From Bacteroidia bacterium (GTDB lineage: Bacteria > Bacteroidota > Bacteroidia > M30B66): a stretch of 64,000 nucleotides of DNA. The translations under genes were made by a program, and so were the position numbers. This document shows positions 10,351-19,281 of this stretch, one piece after another. The stretch is from positions 896,001 to 960,000 of the forward strand of contig OZ257142.1 in NCBI GenBank assembly GCA_965279035.1, in the 5' to 3' direction. Every line of letters starts with the position of its first letter. Positions within the stretch are counted from its first letter, which is position 1. The notes under the pieces were generated by a model. It was given only the letters and a program-made list of their open reading frames with translations, searched no databases and was not told the DNA's origin.

Positions 10351-11826
10351 ATGCCTGAAATACTTCATCCTGCTTTACTTATTGGTGTTATTGCTGCCTA
10401 TTTCTTTGTGCTGGTGGGCATTTCCTGGTGGAAAGGTAGGGGCAACGATAGCGATGGTTATTTCTTGGGAAATCGTTCTTCTCCTTGGTATATCGTAGCG
10501 TTTGGAATGATTGGCGATTCGCTTTCAGGCGTTACGTTTGTGTCTGTTCCAGGTGAAGTTGGCGTTAAGAATTTCCATTATTTGCAAATCGTTTTGGGAT
10601 ACATGGTTGGCTATTTTGTGATAGCCAAAGTCTTGTTACCACTGTATTACAAGCTTCAACTTACCTCCATATATTCCTATCTCAAAGAACGATTTGGGCC
10701 AGTTTCTCAACAAACAGGTTCATTTTATTTCTTGCTTTCACGAACCATTGGCGCAGCTTTCCGCTTATTTATTTCTGCTGGTGTATTGCAATTGTTTTTG
10801 TTCGATCAACTTGGAGTTCCTTTCTGGATTTCGGTAAGTATCATCATCATTCTCATCCTTGCTTATACTTTAAAAGGAGGAATTAAAACGCTCATTTGGA
10901 CAGACACCTTTCAATCGCTCTTTCTTTTATTGGGCGTGATTCTCACCTGCGGAGCGATTATATCTCAAATGGATTTGTCGTTTACAGAAGCTGTTCAGCA
11001 GATAAGCGATAGTCCACATTCGAAAATTTTCAATTGGGATCCAAGTTCTAAGCTGTATTTCTTCAAGCAGTTTTTGAGTGGAATGTTTGTCGCCATTGCC
11101 ATGACTGGGCTTGATCAAAACATGATGCAGAAGAATTTGAGCGTTCGCACTTTACCCGAAGCACAAAAAAATATTCTGTGGTTTAGTGTGATTGTGCTTA
11201 TTGTGAATGTGATTTTTGTTTCGCTTGGGGCCTTGATGTATTTATACGCATCAGCTAAAGGCATTGCCGTTCCTGCAAAAACCGATGAATTTCTCCCGAT
11301 GTTGACTTTGAATTATTTGGGGACTTTTGCCGCAATCGTTTTTCTTTTAGGAATTATTGCCGCCACATTTTCCAGTGCCGATTCGGTTCTAACAACGCTA
11401 ACAACTTCATTGTACATCGATATTTTACACTTGGATGAAGACTCAAAAGTCACTGAAAAGCGGAAAGTCCAATATCGAAATATGATTCATGGTGGCTTTG
11501 CTTTTTTGCTACTTGCCGTAATTCTCTTGTTTCGTGCTTTAAATAATGATGCTGTTATTAGTGGAATATTTACTGCCGCGGGTTATACGTATGGTCCTTT
11601 GCTCGGATTGTTTGCTTTTGGAATTTATACGCGAACTTCCATTCACGACAAATTGGTTCCACTGGTTTGCATTTTAGCGCCTTTAATCAGCTTTGCCATT
11701 TCGTATTATTCTCCACTGTTGTTTGGAGGATATCAAATTGGTTTTGAATTGCTGATAATTAATGGACTGCTCACTTTCATAGGATTAGCTTTATTGAAAA
11801 ACCGTAACCATATCGTCATGCGGTGA
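10351..11826 (+). CDS. Sodium:solute symporter (SSS family)
   Basis: YFLGNRSSPW, SLSGVTFVSVPG, TSIYSYLKERFG, GLDQNMMQKNL, about 13 TM helices. Confidence 0.9.
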   Translation: MPEILHPALLIGVIAAYFFVLVGISWWKGRGNDSDGYFLGNRSSPWYIVAFGMIGDSLSGVTFVSVPGEVGVKNFHYLQIVLGYMVGYFVIAKVLLPLYYKLQLTSIYSYLKERFGPVSQQTGSFYFLLSRTIGAAFRLFISAGVLQLFLFDQLGVPFWISVSIIIILILAYTLKGGIKTLIWTDTFQSLFLLLGVILTCGAIISQMDLSFTEAVQQISDSPHSKIFNWDPSSKLYFFKQFLSGMFVAIAMTGLDQNMMQKNLSVRTLPEAQKNILWFSVIVLIVNVIFVSLGALMYLYASAKGIAVPAKTDEFLPMLTLNYLGTFAAIVFLLGIIAATFSSADSVLTTLTTSLYIDILHLDEDSKVTEKRKVQYRNMIHGGFAFLLLAVILLFRALNNDAVISGIFTAAGYTYGPLLGLFAFGIYTRTSIHDKLVPLVCILAPLISFAISYYSPLLFGGYQIGFELLIINGLLTFIGLALLKNRNHIVMR

Positions 11827-11839
11827 CGGAGAAATAGGC

Positions 11840-11879
11840 AAAAAAAATCAGGATCGCATTTGAATACAACCCTGATTTT
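11840..11879 (-). terminator. Intrinsic terminator after msrA (possibly bidirectional with the SSS gene)
   Basis: Minus strand reads AAAATCAGGGTTGTATT-CA-AATGCGATCCTGATTTTTTTT, a long stem with G-U pairs and a U tract, between convergent genes. Confidence 0.75.
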
Positions 11880-11894
11880 CGATGAATATGATTT

Positions 11895-12569
11895 TTATTT
11901 CTTCAATTTATCTGGAAACACTTTTCTGAATTTTTCCACTTTAGGCTGGATTACCATGCGGCAATAACCTTGTTCTCCATTTTGATTGTAGTAGTTTTGG
12001 TGATAGTCTTCTGCTACATAAAAGGCACCATCGAAAGGTAAAATTTCAGTAACGATTGGTTTATCGAAAGCGCCAGAGGCATCTAGCTCTGCTTTGTATT
12101 TTGTTGCTTTTTCGTTCTGTTCGGCTGAGGTAAAATAAATGCCAGAGCGATATTGAGTTCCCGCATCAGCACCTTGACGATTTAAAGTTGTTGGATCGTG
12201 CGTTTTCCAGAATACTTCCAATAATTCATCGAATGTAATTTTAGAAGGATCGTAAACGATGCGGGCTGCTTCGGCGTGACCAGTAAGTCCGGTACATACT
12301 TCTTTGTAAGTAGGATTCTTTACTTTGCCAGCGGTGTAACCAGAAGTTACAGAAAGCACTCCATCGAGTTGTTGAAAAATGGCCTCAATGCACCAGAAAC
12401 ATCCGGCAGCTAAATAGGCAGTATCGGTTTTTTGATCGGGTTGGGCGTTCATGTCGGGTGTTGAAAGCGTGTGTGAATCGTTGCTGCTGTTGCTCGAAGT
12501 GCAAGCTTGAAGGCCTGTGCTGATTCCAAACAACAAACCTAAAACTTGAATTTTTTGGGATAGGCTCAT
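11895..12569 (-). CDS. msrA: Peptide-methionine (S)-S-oxide reductase with lipoprotein signal
   Basis: GCFWC active site, GYTAG, HAEA, HDPTTLNRQG, AEDYHQNYY; LQAC lipobox. Confidence 0.95.
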   Translation of the reverse strand: MSLSQKIQVLGLLFGISTGLQACTSSNSSNDSHTLSTPDMNAQPDQKTDTAYLAAGCFWCIEAIFQQLDGVLSVTSGYTAGKVKNPTYKEVCTGLTGHAEAARIVYDPSKITFDELLEVFWKTHDPTTLNRQGADAGTQYRSGIYFTSAEQNEKATKYKAELDASGAFDKPIVTEILPFDGAFYVAEDYHQNYYNQNGEQGYCRMVIQPKVEKFRKVFPDKLKK

Positions 12570-12668
12570 ATTGAAAAAAAGATTAAACACATGAAATTGA
12601 AAATGGTTAATCTCTTGTCGCCTTTTATTTTATTCCCTTACAAAAACAGTAAATTATTTTTTTGAAGA

Positions 12669-13295
12669 TTATTCTACGGTTTCGTAATAATGCTTGCGAA
12701 CCGTTTGTTTTACACCGTGAAGTATGAGTCGGATAAGTAATTCAGTGTCTTTCTCAATGCGTTGATAATCGGGCTCATCATTCATGCTGCGGCGATTATA
12801 AATTACTTCATCATGTTTGATGGCATCGGCCGATGAAATAATTAATTCTGAAACACGCTTCACCATTTCATCACTGAGTTGAGGATCCATCAAGACCAAT
12901 TCACGCGAAACAAAATTGATTTCTCGTTGCAAAATATCATTATACAAGGCATGAAATCCCGGTTGTATTTGACGAACGCTTTCGGCAGAGAGCTGATGCA
13001 GACTTAATACCTTGCGGTAATAACCAAGTCGCTTGCGCATGTATAGTTGAATCTTTTCTTCCGGTTCCTGATGCCCAGCCATTTCAAGTTGCAACTCTTG
13101 AATGATGTTTTCGGCTTCTTGAACCACAACGGCAGTAAAAATCTCTTCCTTGTTTTTGAAATAATAATAAAGGGAAGATTTATTCAAACCAAGACGCTTT
13201 CCAATATCGTCAAGGGTTGTTTTATCAAAGCCGTATTGCGCAAAACAGTTTTTAGCTGCTTGTAAAATCTGGATTTTTTTTTCGGTTGCTTTCAT
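12669..13295 (-). CDS. TetR/AcrR family transcriptional regulator
   Basis: ILQAAKNCFAQYGFDKTTLDDIGKRLGLNKSSLYYYFKNKEEIF; own TACATTTG box at 13310-13317. Confidence 0.95.
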   Translation of the reverse strand: MKATEKKIQILQAAKNCFAQYGFDKTTLDDIGKRLGLNKSSLYYYFKNKEEIFTAVVVQEAENIIQELQLEMAGHQEPEEKIQLYMRKRLGYYRKVLSLHQLSAESVRQIQPGFHALYNDILQREINFVSRELVLMDPQLSDEMVKRVSELIISSADAIKHDEVIYNRRSMNDEPDYQRIEKDTELLIRLILHGVKQTVRKHYYETVE

Positions 13296-13357
13296 GGAAG
13301 AAAAGAAAGCAAATGTATCAAAAGTTCAAACAAGCAAACAGGATGTTTGAAAAGTCC

Positions 13358-13945
13358 TTATTCGGAATGTTCTTGCTCGATGAGTAAGTCTTTCGGACTA
13401 ATAACAGGTTCTTCAATAATAGCCTCTGAATAGGATTTTAAAGAATCTAAACCTGTTTCCATTTCATCACCCAAGAGTTGATTAATCATCAACCCATACA
13501 ATCGCCCCAATGGATAATCCAATTCGCCTTTGCTTGTCCAGGTTACGTTTGTTCCATTTTCGGTGGTATCGAACTTCCAGATATCATCCAATTGCATTTT
13601 AGCTGGACTAGCAATGTTGATTTTATTAACGATTAAAGAAAATGGATTGCATTCGCTGATTGTAATAGTACCATCGCCCATTTCTTCACCCGTAAAATGA
13701 TTTGAATGACCTTGCTGTCCAGCAATACCAGTAAAGCTATTCTTTGAAATCGGATCTTTGATATTCCAAGGTGCCCACTCTTTCCAAGTGCTGAAATCGC
13801 TCACTTGGTTGTATACAGTTTTAGAAGAGGTATTGATTTCAATAGAACGACTAATGGAAAAGGTACTGGGAAGAAATAGTGCAATAGCTAAAACCATTGC
13901 AATAAAGGCAATGATGATAAGTATTGTTTTTTTCAGAATCCGCAT
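13358..13945 (-). CDS. SRPBCC / polyketide-cyclase-like protein with N-terminal membrane anchor
   Basis: LFLPSTFSISRSIEIN, VYNQVSDFSTWKEWAPW, GTNVTWT, GLDSLK; own TATTTTTG box at 13966-13973. Confidence 0.8.
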   Translation of the reverse strand: MRILKKTILIIIAFIAMVLAIALFLPSTFSISRSIEINTSSKTVYNQVSDFSTWKEWAPWNIKDPISKNSFTGIAGQQGHSNHFTGEEMGDGTITISECNPFSLIVNKINIASPAKMQLDDIWKFDTTENGTNVTWTSKGELDYPLGRLYGLMINQLLGDEMETGLDSLKSYSEAIIEEPVISPKDLLIEQEHSE

Positions 13946-14002
13946 AGGCTATCTTGCTTATTCTTCAAAAATAAGAAAAAGACCTTCCGGATTTGGGCTT
14001 TA

Positions 14003-14614
14003 TTATTTGATCAAACTAAGTCCTTCTAATGCAGAGCTATCGTCGGGACGAATTAATAGAGCTTTGGTAAATAGTACTTTAGCTTCACGAGTTCTTCCCA
14101 TTTGAAGATAACTCCATGCATTCATCGTAACACTATCATAATCGAATGGATAAAGATTCATCACTCGTTCGAAATATTTTTGTGCTGTTGGATAATCTTT
14201 ACGACTATAATAAATCATCCCTGTTCTGAAATTAACCAAAGAATTTTGAGCATCTATTTCTAGAACCTTTTTGTACTGAACAATCACTTGATCCCAATTT
14301 CCTAAGCCCGAAGCAGGTAGAACATAGCCTAATTTTGCTTCAATCGAATAGGGTTTTAAGCTGATTGCATTTTGGTAATAGGTCATGCTTTGTGTAAACT
14401 GCCCTGCTTCATAACACAAATAGCCCAAGCGAATATTGATTTCATAGGAATCTTCACGATAAACTTCCTTCATGATCGCTATCGCTTTGGTGAATTCAGA
14501 TTTTGTTTCAAGTGAATAACTTGCTTTGAATGCAGCTATTTCTTTATCGTCGGTTGCCCATGCAGAAAAAGAAAATTGAAGTCCGAAAAGCAGTAGGAGC
14601 AGAGCATTTTTCAT
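14003..14614 (-). CDS. Exported tetratricopeptide repeat protein (last gene of the PqqD/ATP-grasp operon)
   Basis: Signal peptide (FSAWA) then about 5 TPR-like helical repeats (RLGYLCY, YQNAISLKP, YKKVLEID, FERVMNLYP, KALLIRP). Confidence 0.85.
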   Translation of the reverse strand: MKNALLLLLFGLQFSFSAWATDDKEIAAFKASYSLETKSEFTKAIAIMKEVYREDSYEINIRLGYLCYEAGQFTQSMTYYQNAISLKPYSIEAKLGYVLPASGLGNWDQVIVQYKKVLEIDAQNSLVNFRTGMIYYSRKDYPTAQKYFERVMNLYPFDYDSVTMNAWSYLQMGRTREAKVLFTKALLIRPDDSSALEGLSLIK

Positions 14615-14637
14615 TTTGGATTATTATTATGTTGAAA

Positions 14638-16860
14638 TTAAAGTTGATGTTGTTCGTCAATTGAGCGGGCAATAATGCGTTGAGATCCGTTTTTAGCAGA
14701 AATGCGTGTGATCCGGTTATGATTTAACTCGATTTCGAAAACATGTTGACTAAGTCTTTTTCCTCCAACCGAAATATGAATTTGCGATCTCAACACCATG
14801 TGTCTTGGGTTGAAATTATTATCAATATCGGTGTATTCGAGATTAAATTGAACATGCAAAAATTGCCAAAACGGAGCAATAAAATCCTGCATCGTTCGTA
14901 GAATCCCATTGCGCAAGGTATTGAGCGGAAGTTTATCTCGAAGAATAACATCGGGATAATATCCTAACAAAACCTGATAACAACCCAAGTAGAATTGATA
15001 GAGTAGCGATTTTCTATCTCCATGAAAACTCAAAAAATAAAACATCGTCCCATTGTTGAGCAGATAAGCATACGCTCCCGTGTTATGACAATAGATATAG
15101 GCTTGATTGTAAATGTTGACGCGTACTTCCCATTTTACCTCGGTTTTCTTTGATCCTTCTTCGACTTCAAACAATAAAATTTGTCCGGGAATAAATCCAA
15201 ACGCATCTTTGAGTAGTTGGTTGATTTCTACATTCTGAATGTGTTCGTCCTTTTTCGGGATTTCGAAACAGATTAAACGGTGTTGATTCGATTCTTCTCG
15301 CAAATAGTAGCTTACAGGCCAAGAAAGCGTTGGCGAACCTACATATGGAGTTGCCTGTAATTGAAAATGAATATGTGGAACGGGCGATCTACCAGAATTT
15401 CCAAGCGTTGCTAGAATATCTCCTTTTCGAACATAATCACCGAGAGAAACGCGAAAAGATCCCATGTGGAGATGAGAAAGTTGAGAATACAAATATTCCC
15501 CATGCTTAATGACAATGCTGTTTCCCCAGTTATTTTCCAGATTGACTTTGCCAGGTTCATTGTCTTCGATGTTGGCGTGAATATCTACTACGAGTCCATC
15601 GGCGGGCGCCAAAACCGGTTTCTGGAAAGAATAGTAATCTTTTAGTTCGATGCCGTTGTTCTGAAACTCTTCGCCTTCTTCATCTTGAACACTAAAATCG
15701 AGCGCATGTCGCCATTCACTTTTATGTGTGTGATCTCCATCATAGCCTTGAGTAACGGTCCATTTTCCAAAGAAAGGTAATTGAACAAGGATGGCTGTGG
15801 ATTTTCGAAAACGTTCCACACCCGTTGAAAAACTGTACAAATTATTTTCGGGAGAAAAATGCTGAATGCCTGTTAGGTGAAGGAATCGAGGCCAAGTTCT
15901 CATTTTCAATAAATAGAGAAACAGAACCACCATGATGTTAAACGGCATCGAATACAAAGGCAGCTGAACAACAAGCAGCGCAACGGCAAGAGAACTATTC
16001 AATACAGCAATCAAGGGAGTAATGATCATCACCGTGAGGTAAGACCAAGTGCTTGGAATTAGAAAAAAGCCTCCTATCGCAATTGCACTCAAAATAAAAT
16101 TGAATCCAATGTAACTGTATGTCAACTGGTTGATGTCACCACCAACAAAGGAGTAAAACAGATATCCGGTATAAAATCCTAAGAGCGAAAGAGTGAATGC
16201 AATGCGTGAATAAACTATTAAAGCAATTGCCGCAACAACACCTACTATTAGATTGTATTGAAAAAACACTGCACCGAGTGATCTGAAATAAACTCCAAGA
16301 TGCAAGGGTAATTGGTAGTTTTCGATGTTCATCATCAAATCGACAAACTTCTGACCGCCAATACTATACAGCTCATTGTATGCATAAATTCCACGCTCAC
16401 TCAATTCAAGTGCATCGTACGAACGCGCTGCTAATAATATTAGCCAAATGGTGAAAATGAAGGGGAAACTTAGAAATGGAAGTCCTTTCACCGAGAAAGT
16501 ACCATACAACCAAACGGTTAGCAACAAACATAGTAGTGCTGCAAAAAATAATACGGCTAAAAAGGGAAGATTAAACTGATAGTAAACACCTAAGCAAAGT
16601 CCAACGGATAAGCTATTAAAGCTATAAACACCCGTTCGAATAAAGGCATGATTTAATCCGAGAATTCGGGAAGCAATCTGAGTAATCAGCACTGCTACCA
16701 ATCCACTTAAACCAGCATAAAAATCGACAAACGTAACTAGCAGTAAAAGTACAGCCAATGCTTTCTTTTGGGAGAAAAACACTTGGGCATAACTGAGTAG
16801 AACTCCTTCTCCAAAGTCCTTCAAATACGGCAAGTACTTTTTAAAAGGGGCATTCCCCAT
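14638..16860 (-). CDS. Urea-transporter (UT/Yut) fold membrane protein fused to an M23 metallopeptidase domain and an unassigned C-terminal domain
   Basis: UT-like repeats SYAQVFF/SLGAVFF, GVYSFN/YIGFN, PFLSFPF/PLYSMPF; M23 motifs HTH..RHALDF, PVLAPADG, GNSIVIKH, SHL, GNSGRSPVPHIHFQ. Confidence 0.85.
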   Translation of the reverse strand: MGNAPFKKYLPYLKDFGEGVLLSYAQVFFSQKKALAVLLLLVTFVDFYAGLSGLVAVLITQIASRILGLNHAFIRTGVYSFNSLSVGLCLGVYYQFNLPFLAVLFFAALLCLLLTVWLYGTFSVKGLPFLSFPFIFTIWLILLAARSYDALELSERGIYAYNELYSIGGQKFVDLMMNIENYQLPLHLGVYFRSLGAVFFQYNLIVGVVAAIALIVYSRIAFTLSLLGFYTGYLFYSFVGGDINQLTYSYIGFNFILSAIAIGGFFLIPSTWSYLTVMIITPLIAVLNSSLAVALLVVQLPLYSMPFNIMVVLFLYLLKMRTWPRFLHLTGIQHFSPENNLYSFSTGVERFRKSTAILVQLPFFGKWTVTQGYDGDHTHKSEWRHALDFSVQDEEGEEFQNNGIELKDYYSFQKPVLAPADGLVVDIHANIEDNEPGKVNLENNWGNSIVIKHGEYLYSQLSHLHMGSFRVSLGDYVRKGDILATLGNSGRSPVPHIHFQLQATPYVGSPTLSWPVSYYLREESNQHRLICFEIPKKDEHIQNVEINQLLKDAFGFIPGQILLFEVEEGSKKTEVKWEVRVNIYNQAYIYCHNTGAYAYLLNNGTMFYFLSFHGDRKSLLYQFYLGCYQVLLGYYPDVILRDKLPLNTLRNGILRTMQDFIAPFWQFLHVQFNLEYTDIDNNFNPRHMVLRSQIHISVGGKRLSQHVFEIELNHNRITRISAKNGSQRIIARSIDEQHQL

Positions 16861-16867
16861 AAAATGC

Positions 16868-18226
16868 TTAGAGTTTGAACGACTTTAAATGAGCAGGCAT
16901 TTCTTCTTGAGCATTGAGGTCGTCGACCGTTTCTTTCCTTCGGATGATATGCGTTTTGCTATCCATATCAATCAAAACCACATTGGGTCTCATCGCAATG
17001 AATTGCATCCATTGAGTCATATTGTATGCACCAACTGTGTGTATCACCACTTGATCGCCTTTGTTCAATGGTGGCAAAGTTACATTTTCCCTAAGTACAT
17101 CGATGTTCATGCACAGTGGTCCGTAAATCACAGCGTTTTCGGTATGATGTCCGCTGGCTTGTACTGGAGAAATGCGGTGGTCATACCAAAAGGAAGTAAA
17201 CAAAAGATTCACGCCCATATCCATCACCAATGCGCGTCGTCCATCGGAAAGGCGTTTGTTTGCGATAACTGATCCTGCCAAATATCCAGCTTCATCAATC
17301 AGCGCTCTTCCCGATTCAAGAATGAGCATGGGGAGATCTTCTTTTGTAAAACCAGCATTTAACAAGGTTGTGCAAATGGCTTCAGCGTAATCATCAAAGT
17401 TTGGTATCACATCACTTCCCGGAAGAAACGAACCTTTGAGTGTATTTTTAGAAGCGAAACCACCACCTAAATCAACGTATTCGATCGATTTGTTGTGATG
17501 CTTTTTTATTCCTAATGCCAAATCGGCTAGCTTGTTTGCAGCAACAGCGTAGGCATTTGGCGAAAGCATGAATGTTCCAATATGACAATGCAAGCCAACC
17601 AAATCCATTTTATCGGTAAGGATGATTTTATTGATCGCATCCCAAGCTTGACCGTTTTCATAGTTAAATCCAAAACGATCCCACATTGGATAAATGCCTG
17701 TGTCCATATTCACACGAATAGCAACACGTGGGCGTTTTTTGGTTGAATTACAGATTTCGATAATCTGATAGAGTTCATCCAAATGGTCGATGTGAATCAA
17801 TGAATCGTTATCAATCGCTAAACGAAGATCGCTTTCCGTTTTTTCGGGACCATTGAAAATGATATTCTTTCCTTTAACGCCATTTCCAAGAGCTTTTTTG
17901 TATTCGAAAATGGAAACTACTTCTGCCCAAGAACCTTCTTGATGAAAAATATTACAAACAGCATTGATGTAATTCGTCTTGTATGACCAAGCAAATTGAA
18001 CCTTCGGGTAACGAGATGTAAATGCACGACGGGCGTCTCGGTATGTTTGACGAATTTTTCGTTCGGAAATAATGAAAACAGGAGATCCATATTTATCAAT
18101 CATCTCTTTTACCGAAACTCCGTCAATTTGACTTACTGGATCATGTAAAGAACGTGTTCCAAATTTATTGCTTACGCCTCCATTGAGTGAAGTTATAATT
18201 GGGCGTTCGTATCTAAGCTTTGTCAT
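16868..18226 (-). CDS. Fold-type III PLP-dependent decarboxylase (LysA/ODC superfamily), substrate unknown
   Basis: YGSPVFI, SYKTN (PLP lysine), EVVS, FNGP.K, HCHIG, DLGGGF, ESGR, GPLC, GAY. Confidence 0.9.
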   Translation of the reverse strand: MTKLRYERPIITSLNGGVSNKFGTRSLHDPVSQIDGVSVKEMIDKYGSPVFIISERKIRQTYRDARRAFTSRYPKVQFAWSYKTNYINAVCNIFHQEGSWAEVVSIFEYKKALGNGVKGKNIIFNGPEKTESDLRLAIDNDSLIHIDHLDELYQIIEICNSTKKRPRVAIRVNMDTGIYPMWDRFGFNYENGQAWDAINKIILTDKMDLVGLHCHIGTFMLSPNAYAVAANKLADLALGIKKHHNKSIEYVDLGGGFASKNTLKGSFLPGSDVIPNFDDYAEAICTTLLNAGFTKEDLPMLILESGRALIDEAGYLAGSVIANKRLSDGRRALVMDMGVNLLFTSFWYDHRISPVQASGHHTENAVIYGPLCMNIDVLRENVTLPPLNKGDQVVIHTVGAYNMTQWMQFIAMRPNVVLIDMDSKTHIIRRKETVDDLNAQEEMPAHLKSFKL

Positions 18227-18237
18227 TCTAGTTTGTA

Positions 18238-19281
18238 TTAAAGTTCACCAATGGTTGATATTTTCTGAAAGTCGGAGAGCGAAACAATATTGTCCCAAGA
18301 ATAGCGGACAAATAATTTCCCTATATCGTATGTTGTAAAAGGCTCAACATCTTCGCCAAATGCTAATTGCACTGCGGCTGCCGGCATATTTTGTCCACAA
18401 GCAACCGGCAAATAAACCCAAGCAGGAAAGCGCGGATTTATTTCTACGATGTACATTTTTCCTTCTTTGTCTTTGATTAGTTCGAGCTCCATTCCACCGC
18501 GCCATTTGTTGGCAGCAATGAGTGTATGCGTCATTTCGAGTAATTGAGGCTCATCGAGCGTTATGCCTGCCCAAGCTTTTCCCTTATCAGTAATGAATTG
18601 CTTTCTCATGGGAACAGCTCCAATGGTATTTCCTTTTCCATCGCCCAAGGCAGTTACATTGTATTCGTTACCATAAACGAATTGCTGAAAAATGATGGGC
18701 AAACCCCATTTCGCTTGAAGCTTATTGAAATAGGAATACACTTGTTCTTGGTTGTAAGCAATGTAGGCTTCATAGTATTTGCCTTTCACTACTACTGGAA
18801 ATTCAAATTGCTGAAGTACAGATGGAACTTCTGAAATAGAACTTACTGTGATAGAAAGCGGAACGTTCAATCCGTATTTTATTCCAAATTCAGAAAGACG
18901 GTATTTATGTCGTTCCTCAAATTGATCAATGGTAGGAAGGAATGTTTTGATTCCCATTTGATCAAGAACTGGAGCCAGTTTCATGAATGTGAAAAGCTCT
19001 GCATCGAAATTGGGAAAAATAAAATCGAGTTTCTCTTGTTGATGAATGTATTCTAAACGTAGTAAGAGATTGTCTGAACCTTCGGAAGGAAAAGGAACAG
19101 AATAACTTTTATCTACCAAATCGTGCATGTAAAGTCCGGGTTCCAAATGATCGTAGGAAAGTCCAATGATTCGAACATCTTTTCCTTTCCAATCTCTCAA
19201 AGCACGTATAACTGGAATTCCCGGTCCAGGATTATCGGTATTGTTAAGTCCCGAAACTGCAATGGTTAATTGCTCTTTCAT
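18238..19281 (-). CDS. Single-domain ATP-grasp carboxylate-amine ligase
   Basis: FPVVVKG, IFQQFVYGNEY, ELELIKD, IVEINPRF; pre-ATP-grasp domain with IFPNFDAE. Confidence 0.85.
   Translation of the reverse strand: MKEQLTIAVSGLNNTDNPGPGIPVIRALRDWKGKDVRIIGLSYDHLEPGLYMHDLVDKSYSVPFPSEGSDNLLLRLEYIHQQEKLDFIFPNFDAELFTFMKLAPVLDQMGIKTFLPTIDQFEERHKYRLSEFGIKYGLNVPLSITVSSISEVPSVLQQFEFPVVVKGKYYEAYIAYNQEQVYSYFNKLQAKWGLPIIFQQFVYGNEYNVTALGDGKGNTIGAVPMRKQFITDKGKAWAGITLDEPQLLEMTHTLIAANKWRGGMELELIKDKEGKMYIVEINPRFPAWVYLPVACGQNMPAAAVQLAFGEDVEPFTTYDIGKLFVRYSWDNIVSLSDFQKISTIGEL

Noticed and set aside
12669-13945. SRPBCC and TetR genes as part of the PqqD/ATP-grasp operon
   Set aside because: Each has its own TAnnTTTG promoter box (13966-13973, 13310-13317) and both families are common stand-alone genes; membership is unsupported without synteny data.
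16868-19281. Calling these genes lysA and carB
   Set aside because: The decarboxylase lacks the CE specificity motif, and the ATP-grasp protein is a single 347-aa module, not the ~1070-aa CarB.
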